Origin: Candidatus Sumerlaeaceae bacterium
Lineage (GTDB): Bacteria; Sumerlaeota; Sumerlaeia; Sumerlaeales; Sumerlaeaceae
NCBI GenBank assembly: GCA_051003195.1
Contig: JBPCLP010000049.1
Location: 1-57,463, forward strand
Length of the DNA stretch: 57,463 nt
Direction of reading: 5' to 3'
The notes below the pieces were generated by a model. The model was not told where the DNA came from. It saw only the letters and a list, made by a program, of their open reading frames with translations, and made no database searches. The translations under genes and the position numbers were made by a program. Shown here piece by piece: positions 28,849-38,157 of the stretch (position 1 is the stretch's first letter; each line of letters begins with the position of its first letter).

Positions 28849-29493
28849 CTACTCCCCCGCTGCGGGTTCGCAGAAATGGCGCACGACCTGCAGTTCTCCC
28901 GTCGAACTCCCTCGCAGGATAAAGACGCACGCATTGGTCGGCGTACGCATCCAGATATCCTCCAGCCTTTGACCTGAGCTGATCATATCCAGGACCCGGA
29001 CCACCCCCGAATGTGCAATCAGCAGCACCCGCTGACCCGCATGCCGCACCGCCAGCTCCTTGAGAAAGGCGTGCACCCGCTCAGCCACCTCCACCAGCGA
29101 CTCGCCACCCGGTGGCCGCCACAAATCGCGCGTGTCCCTCGTCTTCGAGTATCGTGTTCCCGGAAAGCGGCCCTCGATCTCTTCGGTGTTTAGCCCTTCA
29201 TAATCACCATAGAAGCGTTCGCGAAGCGCTTCCACAGGCTGCACGTCGAGCTGATGCGGCGTGGCCACAATCCCCGCCGTCTCCAATGCGCGTCCCGCGT
29301 CACTGCTATACACAGCATCAATCTTCATTGCTCGCAGCGCATTCGCCGCCGCTCGTGCCTGTTCGCGGCCAAGTTCAGTCAGCTCACTATCCAGCCATCC
29401 CTGCCAGCGCTCCTGCGCATTCCAATGCGTCTGGCCATGGCGCACGACCACGAATTCAGTCCAGGTCTTGTCGCCTCGTAATGAGTCTTCCAT
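28849..29493 (-). CDS. Histidine phosphatase (phosphoglycerate mutase family)
   Basis: VRHGQT.WN, SSD..RALET, LRER.YG.YEG, PPGGES and AHSG. Confidence 0.92.
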   Translation of the reverse strand: MEDSLRGDKTWTEFVVVRHGQTHWNAQERWQGWLDSELTELGREQARAAANALRAMKIDAVYSSDAGRALETAGIVATPHQLDVQPVEALRERFYGDYEGLNTEEIEGRFPGTRYSKTRDTRDLWRPPGGESLVEVAERVHAFLKELAVRHAGQRVLLIAHSGVVRVLDMISSGQRLEDIWMRTPTNACVFILRGSSTGELQVVRHFCEPAAGE

Positions 29494-29517
29494 CAGAAAA
29501 CAGGTATGCTTGGCACT

Positions 29518-29745
29518 ATGAGAGTCACCTGCAACATAAACGCATTCGGCCGGATGGTTCGAATTGCGACCGGGCTCATCCTACTTACCGACGGAATTTT
29601 AATGGTCGCATTGGATTTTCCATCCACGGCGCTGGGCTGGAGATTTGTCCAGGCCGTGCTCATTCTCATGGGTGCCTTTGCGGTATTCGAGGGAGCCATC
29701 GGATGGTGTGCCTTGCGAGCCATGGGATATCGCACCAGGTTCTAA
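29518..29745 (+). CDS. Small two-TM protein (DUF2892/YgaP-like)
   Basis: CNINAFGRMVRIATG..EGAIGWCALRAMG; start 29518 (alternative 29506). Confidence 0.7.
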   Translation: MRVTCNINAFGRMVRIATGLILLTDGILMVALDFPSTALGWRFVQAVLILMGAFAVFEGAIGWCALRAMGYRTRF

Positions 29746-30632
29746 TCTTTAAGGAGAGCGTTGATTTCATCGCGTAAACTCTGTGCGGCGCCCGAAACGG
29801 CATGTACATAATCTTCATCTACGGATAGTTTCGGCGCCATGATGCTTCGCGAGGCATTGATGAGGAACCGCGGATTGCTCTTCGCACCAATCGCTCCAAG
29901 AATCTCGGCAAGGGATCCGCCCTGGGCGCCGACCCCCGGAATCAGAAGCGGAAGTTCCGGCGCTATTTCGCGCACAGCAGCCGCATGTTCCGCGCGTGTG
30001 GCGCCCACCACCAGCCCAACATTCTGATTGGTGTTCCACTTCACCGCCTGTTCCGCGATCCGTTTATACAACTCGCCTTTCAAGAGAAAATCCGCCGCAC
30101 CGGGATTCGATGTCAGGCAAAGCAGAAAGACGCCGCGTGTTGGATCGCGCAGGAACGGTTCAACCGAATCCGTTCCCATAAGCGGGTTCACGGTAATAGC
30201 ATTGTACTTCCAGCGGGTAAAAACGGCATCCGCATACCTGGCTGATGTGTTCCCGATGTCGCCGCGCTTTGCGTCGCATATGGTGATGAGCTGGCCCGGT
30301 AAATCGCCCAGGAAATTCTGCAAGCCTTCCAGTGCAGCCAGCCCGGTGCGTGACCCTTCAAAAAATGCGGTGTTAGGTTTGAACGCCGCTGCGAATGAAT
30401 GGGTGAGCTGCGCAACCGCCTGGCTTACACAGAGCCGCTCTAATGCCTCATCCAGGTGTTCACCGGCAGGCGGAAGTACGGAACTCTTACTTCCGCGGGT
30501 CCTGAGCACATGGACAGCCGCCTCGCATGTGGCTCGTGTGATAAGCTGCGGGTCCGGATCCAATCCAACGCAAAGATGCGATGTGGCATAGCAAATGGAT
30601 GTTAGCAGCCGGTCGTTAAAACATGTCGTCAT
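29742..30632 (-). CDS. pyrF: Orotidine-5'-phosphate decarboxylase (subfamily 2)
   Basis: LCVGLDP, FKPN.AFFE, DAKRGDIGNT, TSNPG, GLVVGAT, LIPGVGAQGG and NASRSI. Confidence 0.95.
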   Translation of the reverse strand: MTTCFNDRLLTSICYATSHLCVGLDPDPQLITRATCEAAVHVLRTRGSKSSVLPPAGEHLDEALERLCVSQAVAQLTHSFAAAFKPNTAFFEGSRTGLAALEGLQNFLGDLPGQLITICDAKRGDIGNTSARYADAVFTRWKYNAITVNPLMGTDSVEPFLRDPTRGVFLLCLTSNPGAADFLLKGELYKRIAEQAVKWNTNQNVGLVVGATRAEHAAAVREIAPELPLLIPGVGAQGGSLAEILGAIGAKSNPRFLINASRSIMAPKLSVDEDYVHAVSGAAQSLRDEINALLKD

Positions 30633-30687
30633 CTAAGGCGCAGATCATGACCCGCAGAAACGGTGAAGCAAGCACCTAAACTGATCC

Positions 30688-30787
30688 CTAGGGTGCCGAA
30701 TGAAAAGTTCCTATCCACTTTGAGTGCGGAAGATGAGCTCAGTTCGGCACACAGAACCGAATACGAATTAACGGTAGACCACCCCAG
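30688..30787 (+). repeat. MITE-like repeat copy B
   Basis: CTAG-GGTGCCGAA..AGTTC..TTCGGCACACAGAACCGAATACGAATTAACGGTAGACCACC-CCAG (100 bp). Confidence 0.85.
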
Positions 30788-30882
30788 TGTGCCGTCCCAG
30801 AAGTTCATAACTATATTTCAGTAAGCTTTTGAGGTCGGACGGCACACAGAACTGAATACGAACTAACGGTAGACCACCCGAG
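30784..30882 (+). repeat. MITE-like repeat copy C (tandem with B)
   Basis: CCAG-TGTGCCGTCC..AGTTCATA..GGACGGCACACAGAACTGAATACGAACTAACGGTAGACCACC-CGAG (99 bp). Confidence 0.85.
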
Positions 30883-30936
30883 GCTTGGGCTATGACCGGA
30901 TTTAAAGGACAGCCGTAAAAAAGCTGGTGAGGTGCG

Positions 30937-32778
30937 TCAGAGAGTGGATATCTCCGCATCCTCGAGCACGATCCAGGCTTTTCGTGATGCGCTTTGCACC
31001 GATAGGATAAAGCCATCTGAGATTCGCTTGCCGGGCACAAGGCGCGAAGTTCCATCCGGACCGGTCTGGCTGCTGGTGTACCAGCCTAGTTTCACGCCGC
31101 CGCGAATCAGCTCGCGAGGCGCCGCATAGCATTTCAGATCAAGACTCCTGAGATTACCGACGTAGCCGAAGGAAGCTGCCTTTGTACCGTTACCTTCTGC
31201 AGTCGTGCTGATCGCGTAATCATATCCAGCCAGGCGCGGAAAGTAGCCCGCGCTGCCAGGTGAAGCGGAGCCGATGATTTGGAGCACTGGATCCCTGGAT
31301 CGCTCGAAGACCACCGTGCTTCGTCGACGGTCCAGCCGCACCCACACAGGCTTATAGTTTGCCAGGAATGCCGGCGGGAAAACGCTAAGCCTGTTCGTTG
31401 CCACGTTGACGACAAAAAATCTGCACCCCCGCAATGCTACCGCTGTGGCAATATCCTTCTTTCGATATTTCTTTAGCGCATCGGGCGACACCAGCCCCAT
31501 GCAGTCGTAAATCCGATGTCTGGAAAACATTCCCACATAGCCGATCTCCTGCGCCGCAATTTCATCATCAGGGTGAGCACGGCTTCTCATCCACAATGCC
31601 GCATCGCGGTAATGCGCATGATCCAGCAGGCCAGAATCCCTGTAGAACATCGTGGTGTAGAATTGCAGATTCGAAGTGAACTTCAAATGGCCGACCAGCA
31701 GGATCGCGATTGCTGCAATGGCCGTTTTAACTTCTGGCGCGGAACTCAAGGCAGGGATCACGAACTTTGCAAGCCAGCCTGACAATTCAGCAGCACCGAA
31801 CCCAAATGCTGCCAATGCCACACATTGCAGCGGAAACAACGGCTGATGATACCAGTATTGGTTGGGTGCTCTGCCGATTGCCATGAAGGCTAGATAAAAC
31901 ATGCCCCATGCGAAGACAGGCCGTAATCGCGGGCAGCGAACCAGCGCGAATACCACGCCCAGGATCTGCGCCACGCCCCACGCGTAATCCGGGACGCCGA
32001 AGGTGTGAAACATCTGGGTTCCAAAATCGGTCACGAACAATGGCAGCCTGCCTCCTCGACCAGCGGCCATGGATTGCGTCTGTTTCGCCATCATGGATTG
32101 GGGTAGCGGCGAACCGTAGTATAATACCAGGCACGCGATGGCGAGTGCCAGTGGAACGGTTGCAATCGCGGCCCGGCTTCCATATCCGCGCCGCAATCTG
32201 AACGATGGGAACCTGGCAACCGAGAAACACAGGACCAGTGCCCAGGCCAGAAAACCTTCCGGGCGCGTGAACACCGCGAATAGCGACAGCACAATCGCGG
32301 CCCCGAATCGCGCTCGACATAATGCGAGAAAACTCCCATAGACCAGTAGCGAGAATAATCCAGTTTCCATTCCACCAACACTTAAGTGCCGGCAGGGGTC
32401 GCAAAGCATGAGGAGAACTGCGGCGGCGGCAAACTGCGGATTCCATGCGCGCTTGCAGATCAGGTACACGACGATGCTTAGCAACCAGGCGCAGATTGCA
32501 TCGAGCACCAGCGCGGCAATCCAGGGCACCGCTCCAGCAACCATAAAAGCCGCGAGGACCAACGCATACAATGGCGTGGTTGTCCCCAGCACATGCTCAC
32601 CCGGATTGTATACCAGTCCATTTCCGGCGACCAGGTTCCACGCGTAACGCATGGTGATCAGAGCGTCGTCCCCGATCTCTTTCCACTGGCAACGCCACGC
32701 CATGATCCAGCCAAACGCCATCAATGCATACAGGAGTTCCCACCGCGAAGGGTATCTGAAGAGATCACGCTTCAGCAA
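30937..32778 (-). CDS. GT-C-fold membrane glycosyltransferase candidate
   Basis: DDALITMRYAWNL..G.GLVYNPGE.V.GTTTPL, GMETGL, TRPEG and EIGYVG..IYDCMGLVSP. Confidence 0.75.
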   Translation of the reverse strand: MLKRDLFRYPSRWELLYALMAFGWIMAWRCQWKEIGDDALITMRYAWNLVAGNGLVYNPGEHVLGTTTPLYALVLAAFMVAGAVPWIAALVLDAICAWLLSIVVYLICKRAWNPQFAAAAVLLMLCDPCRHLSVGGMETGLFSLLVYGSFLALCRARFGAAIVLSLFAVFTRPEGFLAWALVLCFSVARFPSFRLRRGYGSRAAIATVPLALAIACLVLYYGSPLPQSMMAKQTQSMAAGRGGRLPLFVTDFGTQMFHTFGVPDYAWGVAQILGVVFALVRCPRLRPVFAWGMFYLAFMAIGRAPNQYWYHQPLFPLQCVALAAFGFGAAELSGWLAKFVIPALSSAPEVKTAIAAIAILLVGHLKFTSNLQFYTTMFYRDSGLLDHAHYRDAALWMRSRAHPDDEIAAQEIGYVGMFSRHRIYDCMGLVSPDALKKYRKKDIATAVALRGCRFFVVNVATNRLSVFPPAFLANYKPVWVRLDRRRSTVVFERSRDPVLQIIGSASPGSAGYFPRLAGYDYAISTTAEGNGTKAASFGYVGNLRSLDLKCYAAPRELIRGGVKLGWYTSSQTGPDGTSRLVPGKRISDGFILSVQSASRKAWIVLEDAEISTL

Positions 32779-32808
32779 CGAGGCGCGCTCGTGTTGGGGT
32801 GGGTCTGT

Positions 32809-33417
32809 CTAAGTGAGCGGAGGCGTACTGGTGCTCTCGTCCTGGCCGCCGGCACTCGCCTGGTCCGCAGGGGAGGTATAATATGTGCCCCCGGTTCCAG
32901 CAGGCGCGGCATCGGCACGCGTGTAATCCTCTGGTGTGGAAGGCGCATAATCGCGATCACGCCACAGTTTCGCCAGGTATACAATGGCAAACAACGCAAA
33001 CAGCACAATCACGAGCGTGCGGAAGACGTTATCAGTCGCGGACTCTTTCTCCTCATCGCTGGATGCGAGCTTGCGGTCATGAACGCTGACCGGTGCAATC
33101 ACAACCGCTGTGGTGACAAACTCCGCAAGCGCGATATCTTCAAGTCGCCCTTTCGAGAGCAGGTCCTGGATGGCCTGCAACTCCGCCCTGGCGGAAGCGA
33201 CATGCTTCTTCTGGATTTCGGTTTCCTGTTCCAACTGGTTCAATGTTGCGTTCAGTTGTGCAAAGCGCAACTTAAGACCAGGAGTGCTGTTCTTCGACTT
33301 CTCTTTTTTTATTTCTTTGGCGTGGTCATCGGAACTGCAGCCCGCCAGCAGTCCAATAAAACCCGCCACAACGCACATTGTGAATGCGCGTTGAGTTATA
33401 TTTCGCAAAGTAATCAT
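32809..33417 (-). CDS. Hypothetical lipoprotein with a coiled coil and a C-terminal TM helix
   Basis: LLAGC lipobox, heptad-rich segment and TM VFRTLVIVLFALFAIVYLA. Confidence 0.65.
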   Translation of the reverse strand: MITLRNITQRAFTMCVVAGFIGLLAGCSSDDHAKEIKKEKSKNSTPGLKLRFAQLNATLNQLEQETEIQKKHVASARAELQAIQDLLSKGRLEDIALAEFVTTAVVIAPVSVHDRKLASSDEEKESATDNVFRTLVIVLFALFAIVYLAKLWRDRDYAPSTPEDYTRADAAPAGTGGTYYTSPADQASAGGQDESTSTPPLT

Positions 33418-33480
33418 GATCAGCTAAACGTTTAGTGAGGTTGCGGCAAGTCAAGCACCGCAATTACAATCCGCCGGTCC

Positions 33481-34611
33481 TTACTCGCTCACAAGGCTAA
33501 CAGCAAAAGTTGGCAGCATCCTTTCGATCGCAACTGCAACCCGTGTAGAAAGCCCGATTACCAGGCGCGGATCGCCGTACCGGCACGCCTCGATAATCAT
33601 GCGCGCGGCGCGGCGGCTGTCGGTGGATAAGCCGGGAACCCGAAGGCTACCCGCGAACCATGTATACTCGTCCGCATACTGGCCCTTATAGGTAGCATTG
33701 ACGTGCGAGCCCGTGCGCATTGGTCCTGGTGCGACCATCGTTACGTGAATTCCATGCGGCGCGAGTTCCGCCCGCAACGTATCCGATAGACCAACCAACG
33801 CGAATTTGCTGGCGGTATATGGCGCCATGTGCGGAACGGCTATCAGGCCCGCAAACGACGCGATGTTCACAATCCTCGCCTCGCGTTCTTTGCGCATAGA
33901 TGGTAGTGCTGCCTGGATCATGTAATACGGACCCCAGTAATGCGTCGCCATCGCATCTTCATAGTCCGCCAGTTCCATGTTCTCCATCGGACCCACTGCC
34001 ATGATGCCCGCATTGTTGATGAGAACATCGATCCCGCCAAATCTGCGAACGATATTCGCCACCGCGTGTTCAACGTCCCGTCGATTGCGCACATCACACG
34101 GCGCTGCATAAACCTGCGCGCCCGCTGCTGAAAGTTCGTCGCGCGCCGACGCCAGTTCTCCAAAGTCGCGGGCGAGGAGTGCGAGGCGAGCGCCTTCAGC
34201 CGCAAACTGGCGCGCGAGAATAAGCCCCAGCCCGCGAGAACCGCCGGTGATGACGACTGTGCGTCCGTGAAAATTATATGCTCTCGGACCAAGGAGCGCT
34301 GCCGCTGCGGCGCGTCCGGCGAGTAGTCCACCCACCAGCGCGCCCAGCGCAAGCCACCCGGTGCTCCCCTCGGTACCGAGTGCCGGGCGTCGTCGGCTCG
34401 CGGGTGTGTGCCGAATCGCTGCATGGCTTCGCAGCGGGACCCACTCCGTCAGTTCGGCCGCATGAATGCCGGCATGTGACGACACAGCAGGCGAGGGCTT
34501 TCCGCCTGGAACATCAGAACGCTCCAGTGTTGTCTCCACCGCACCTTCCGCCCGGCCGGACACAGACCCACGCAGACACGTATCGCCCGTTTCTGGCCAG
34601 TTGGAATTCAT
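33481..34611 (-). CDS. Short-chain dehydrogenase/reductase
   Basis: TGGSRGLG, NNAG, NIAS and YTASK; the true start is uncertain because the N-terminus is long and low in complexity. Confidence 0.9.
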   Translation of the reverse strand: MNSNWPETGDTCLRGSVSGRAEGAVETTLERSDVPGGKPSPAVSSHAGIHAAELTEWVPLRSHAAIRHTPASRRRPALGTEGSTGWLALGALVGGLLAGRAAAAALLGPRAYNFHGRTVVITGGSRGLGLILARQFAAEGARLALLARDFGELASARDELSAAGAQVYAAPCDVRNRRDVEHAVANIVRRFGGIDVLINNAGIMAVGPMENMELADYEDAMATHYWGPYYMIQAALPSMRKEREARIVNIASFAGLIAVPHMAPYTASKFALVGLSDTLRAELAPHGIHVTMVAPGPMRTGSHVNATYKGQYADEYTWFAGSLRVPGLSTDSRRAARMIIEACRYGDPRLVIGLSTRVAVAIERMLPTFAVSLVSE

Positions 34612-34712
34612 CGGGGCTTCAGGACGATCTTTATGCAGTCGTCCTTCTTCTGCTGGAAAATCTTATAGCCCAGTGGCGCATCTTCCAGGCTCAGGCGGTG
34701 CGAAATGACAAA
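34608..34712 (-). pseudogene. C-terminal remnant of a Zn-dependent alcohol/formaldehyde dehydrogenase
   Basis: Minus-strand translation FVISHRLSLEDAPLGYKIFQQKKDDCIKIVLKPR*; the stop overlaps the SDR ATG; no start codon or N-terminal part present. Confidence 0.8.
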
Positions 34713-34723
34713 CCACGCGATGT

Positions 34724-35593
34724 TCAGCGATCGTATCCCCGGCCGGACACCTGCCCCTCGATCGTGGAGATTTCGCCCGTCTCCATTAATTGCCGGAAGC
34801 GCCGCAGATCCTCATGAATCTGGATCGCCGGCTCTTCGCCGAAAAGCTTGGCTATCATCACGCCAAACTTACCTGCCGGCGGATCATAGATCAGTGAAAC
34901 CTTCACGACGGTGCCTCGGTTGCCCGGTGCTTGGTCAAACCTTACAGACCCCGCATTGTGAATTTCGGATCCCGGCAGCGATCGCCATGCGATCAACGCG
35001 CCTTCACGTTCATTGATTATTTCGGCGTCCCATTCAACCGTCGTCCCGGCGGGCGCCTTTGCCACCCAGTGGCTCCGTTTGTTGTCGACGGTGACCGACT
35101 CAAGGTGCTTCATAAAACGTGGCAAATTGCTGAAATTGCGCCAGAACGTATACAGCTCGCCAGCCGGGCGCATGATCGTTACACTCTTTTCAACCTTAAT
35201 GCCTTTTTGGCCATTCAGCGCGGCGCCGGCTGTATGGGCATCATCGGTCGTGTTCACCCCAAGCGCATGATACAGTTCGCAGTGGCCGGTTGCACCGCGG
35301 TGCATCAGGCTAACGGCCAGTGCTCCGAGCGCCAGACCTGTCGCCCCGCCCTGGCGAAGGCCCATTCCCGCGAATATGGCCCCACCTGCAACGGACGCAA
35401 GCCGCTCAAGTCGCCCGACGTTCTTTTTGTGGTGCCCGTGTCCGCCTGCGTCCTCCCCGTGCGCCTGCGAATAACTCGTGCGAACGTTCAGCTCGCCTTG
35501 TGGTGCCGGAGATGCATTACTCGTTGCTACATCATGGTCCATACCGCGACCCGACTCCGTTTCACGGCTTGAAATATCGCGCGAACTCTCCAC
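34724..35593 (-). CDS. SRPBCC (cyclase/dehydrase-like) protein with an N-terminal DUF2892-like TM segment
   Basis: NVGRLERLAS..RGATGHC.LY.ALG; W..F.NLPRFM.HL, SHW, WDAEI, G.V.F and EDLRRFRQLMETGE; GTG at 35593 follows GGAGGAAGG. Confidence 0.88.
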   Translation of the reverse strand: MESSRDISSRETESGRGMDHDVATSNASPAPQGELNVRTSYSQAHGEDAGGHGHHKKNVGRLERLASVAGGAIFAGMGLRQGGATGLALGALAVSLMHRGATGHCELYHALGVNTTDDAHTAGAALNGQKGIKVEKSVTIMRPAGELYTFWRNFSNLPRFMKHLESVTVDNKRSHWVAKAPAGTTVEWDAEIINEREGALIAWRSLPGSEIHNAGSVRFDQAPGNRGTVVKVSLIYDPPAGKFGVMIAKLFGEEPAIQIHEDLRRFRQLMETGEISTIEGQVSGRGYDR

Positions 35594-35725
35594 GTGATGA
35601 TCCTTCCTCCGGCCAATCATCGGCCTTATTCCCATTTTTACAGGACGGATGTTGACACCCTGTGTCGTGCACAATGCAGCAAGCGCCATACCCTTAGAAG
35701 CGCCCTGCAACAGACCGCTGGGATC

Positions 35726-36034
35726 CTACTCGGAACCCTCTACCTCATCCAACCGCTCCTCGAGAGCCGGTTCCACTGGATGTTCCCACCCGCCGCCTGC
35801 TCGCGTCGGAGGAGACCACCCTTCGCCTGCGAGGTCGTCATCCGGAACCTCAAAAGCCCCCGTACGCCGCAGCTCCGGGTCCCGGTCGTCGCCCGTCATA
35901 TTTTCGTAAGCGTTTGAACCCGCAGCGAGATGTGCATCCTTTTCTCCCACGATGTCTTCATCTCTCAGAGGATAGTCTTTCCCCAAAGGCTGATAGGCTT
36001 CGGGTGTCCCTGCATGGATTGGTTTCCCGGCCAT
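35726..36034 (-). CDS. Small acidic hydrophilic protein (stress-protein-like)
   Basis: ATG at 36034 after AAGGAG; 102 aa, rich in D/E/G/P; first gene of the SRPBCC-SDR cluster. Confidence 0.6.
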   Translation of the reverse strand: MAGKPIHAGTPEAYQPLGKDYPLRDEDIVGEKDAHLAAGSNAYENMTGDDRDPELRRTGAFEVPDDDLAGEGWSPPTRAGGGWEHPVEPALEERLDEVEGSE

Positions 36035-36174
36035 GATTCGCTCCTTTGCCGACGGCGGTTGCGTCTGTGCTGATGCCCCTTGTTCCCGCAATCGGCATGC
36101 CGCCGCTGCCCATTGCGCTGCTCTCAGGCCAACTTCCTGTTGCATGCCATACACGGGCGTGAACCGCTCCCCAC

Positions 36175-37143
36175 GTGCAGATTTTCAGCGATCTCAACCA
36201 GCTTGCCGACTCACTTGGGCAACATCGGACTGTTGTGACCATTGGGGTTTTCGACGGGATGCACCTCGGGCACCAGGCGCTCGTGACTTCCCTTGGTGTC
36301 CGTGCTCGCCAGGAGGGCCTTGCGAGCCTTGTGATTACATTCCCGGAGCATCCGCTCTCGGTGTTGGCGCCCCCATACTGCCCAAAGAAGCTCATCTATC
36401 GCGACCGCAAGCACCAGGTGCTTGACGCTCTTGGGGTGGATATCCTCGCCGAAATCGCCTTTACGGAGCGATTTGCAAGCTGGCAGCCCGAAGCATTCAT
36501 CGACCAGGTGCTCGTGGGCCAGTGCCATGCGAAGGTCGTGATTTGTGGCTATGATTTTACCTTTGGCCGTGCCGGTGCCGGCAATATTGAATTGCTCAAA
36601 CACATCGGCCAGAGTCGAGGTTTCGATGTCGTAGTGGTTGAAGCCGTTGCCGAGCACGACGTCCTTGTTAAAAGCACCCAGGTTCGTGACCTGCTCTTCA
36701 GCGGTGAGGTTGAGAAAGCCGCCCATCTGTTAACTCGCCCGTACGAATTGCGGGGCGAGGTAATTACCGGCTTTCAGCGGGGGCGTACCATTGGGTTTCC
36801 TACCGCAAATCTGAAGACTGATGCACACCGCGTGATTCCCGCGATCGGCGTTTACCTTTGTGCTGCGCGGGCCCACGGAGAAGATGCGCTACACGCCGCT
36901 ATGGTCAACATCGGGCACAACCCCACGTTTGGCCTGGAGCATCTGAGCATCGAGGCCCATCTGCTGGACTACTCGGCTGACCTGACAGGCCAGATCCTGG
37001 AACTGCACTTTCTAAGGCGCTTGCGTGACGAGCGCAAGTTCAGCGGCGTGCAGGAACTGGTTCAGCAACTGAAACGCGACGAGGAACTTTCTCGCGCTTC
37101 GTACATTTCCAAAGAAGTTTCTGACCAACTGGCGAATATTTAG
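36175..37143 (+). CDS. ribF: Bifunctional riboflavin kinase/FAD synthetase
   Basis: IGVFDGMHLGHQ, GYDFTFG, GRTIGFPTAN, NIGHNPTF, EAHLLD and LRDERKF. Confidence 0.97.
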   Translation: MQIFSDLNQLADSLGQHRTVVTIGVFDGMHLGHQALVTSLGVRARQEGLASLVITFPEHPLSVLAPPYCPKKLIYRDRKHQVLDALGVDILAEIAFTERFASWQPEAFIDQVLVGQCHAKVVICGYDFTFGRAGAGNIELLKHIGQSRGFDVVVVEAVAEHDVLVKSTQVRDLLFSGEVEKAAHLLTRPYELRGEVITGFQRGRTIGFPTANLKTDAHRVIPAIGVYLCAARAHGEDALHAAMVNIGHNPTFGLEHLSIEAHLLDYSADLTGQILELHFLRRLRDERKFSGVQELVQQLKRDEELSRASYISKEVSDQLANI

Positions 37144-37196
37144 CCACGGCTAAATTTATGTCGCTTGACATAAAACTTTAGTCGCGGAAGGCTAAT
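37138..37196 (+). promoter_or_regulatory. tro promoter with candidate MntR/TroR operator palindromes
   Basis: ATTTAGCC-AC-GGCTAAAT (37138-37155), TTTATGTC-GCTT-GACATAAA (37155-37174) and a perfect TTGACA at 37165-37170. Confidence 0.7.
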
Positions 37197-37200
37197 CTGC

Positions 37201-38157
37201 ATGCATGTGTTAAAGTCGATCTTCACAACGCTGGCGCTAATGGGTCTGCTTGCAGGCTGCGACAGCAATTCCGGCACCTCCAACGAACCCAAAGATGCAT
37301 CTAATCAAAAGCTCAAAATCGTCGCAACGGTAGGAATGGTAGCGGATCTCGCCCGAAACATCGGTGGAGACCATGTCACAGTTGATGCCCTCATGGGCGC
37401 CGGCGTCGACCCACACCTCTACAAAGCCAGCGCGGGAGACGTGCGCAGGCTCGGCACCGCTAATGTTATTTTCTATAGCGGGCTTCACCTTGAGGCAAAA
37501 ATGGGTGACGTCCTGGAGCAGATGCATCGCCGCGCTAAGGTAGTCGCCGTTGCAGAAGCGGCCAATCCAAACCAGCTGATCTCACCGCCAGAGTTCCAGG
37601 GCCAACACGATCCACATGTCTGGTTCGATGTAAGCATGTGGCTAAAAGCAGCCGAGCGCGTGCGCGATACCCTGGTGGAAGTGGACAATGCCCATGCTTC
37701 CGACTACAAAGCAAACGCTGATCGTTACCTCAAAGAGATGGCAGACCTCCACAATTACGTGAAGCAACAGTCAAACCGGATACCTCCGCCACAACGCGTG
37801 CTGGTTACGGCGCACGATGCCTTTAACTATTTTGGACGTGCTTATAACTTTGAAGTACGCGGGCTCCAGGGCATTAGCACCGCTTCGGAAGCCGGGACGC
37901 GTGACGTGGACGAACTCGCAAAGTTTATCGCGGAGCGAAAAATTCCCGCCATGTTCGTCGAGTCCTCCGTTCCCAAGAGGAATATCGAAGCGGTGCAGGA
38001 GGCAGTTAAATCTAAGGGATTCCAGGTAAAAATCGGGGGCCAGCTTTACTCGGATGCGATGGGCGATGCCGGCACGACAGAAGGAACCTACCTGGGGATG
38101 GTGCGGCATAACATTGATGTTATAGTCCATGCGCTGGCACCCGGAACGACTCCATAA
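37201..38157 (+). CDS. troA: Mn/Zn/Fe ABC substrate-binding lipoprotein (TroA/MntA)
   Basis: LLAGC lipobox; GVDPHLY, DPHVWFD, TAHDAFNYFG and LYSDAMG. Confidence 0.92.
   Translation: MHVLKSIFTTLALMGLLAGCDSNSGTSNEPKDASNQKLKIVATVGMVADLARNIGGDHVTVDALMGAGVDPHLYKASAGDVRRLGTANVIFYSGLHLEAKMGDVLEQMHRRAKVVAVAEAANPNQLISPPEFQGQHDPHVWFDVSMWLKAAERVRDTLVEVDNAHASDYKANADRYLKEMADLHNYVKQQSNRIPPPQRVLVTAHDAFNYFGRAYNFEVRGLQGISTASEAGTRDVDELAKFIAERKIPAMFVESSVPKRNIEAVQEAVKSKGFQVKIGGQLYSDAMGDAGTTEGTYLGMVRHNIDVIVHALAPGTTP

Noticed and set aside
30688..30882. CRISPR mini-array
   Set aside because: Only two units, with homologous rather than unique variable parts; copies are dispersed and no cas genes are in the window
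34406..34418. GTGTGCCGAATC matching the repeat left end
   Set aside because: Lacks the CNAG boundary, the AGTTC motif and a partner arm; likely chance
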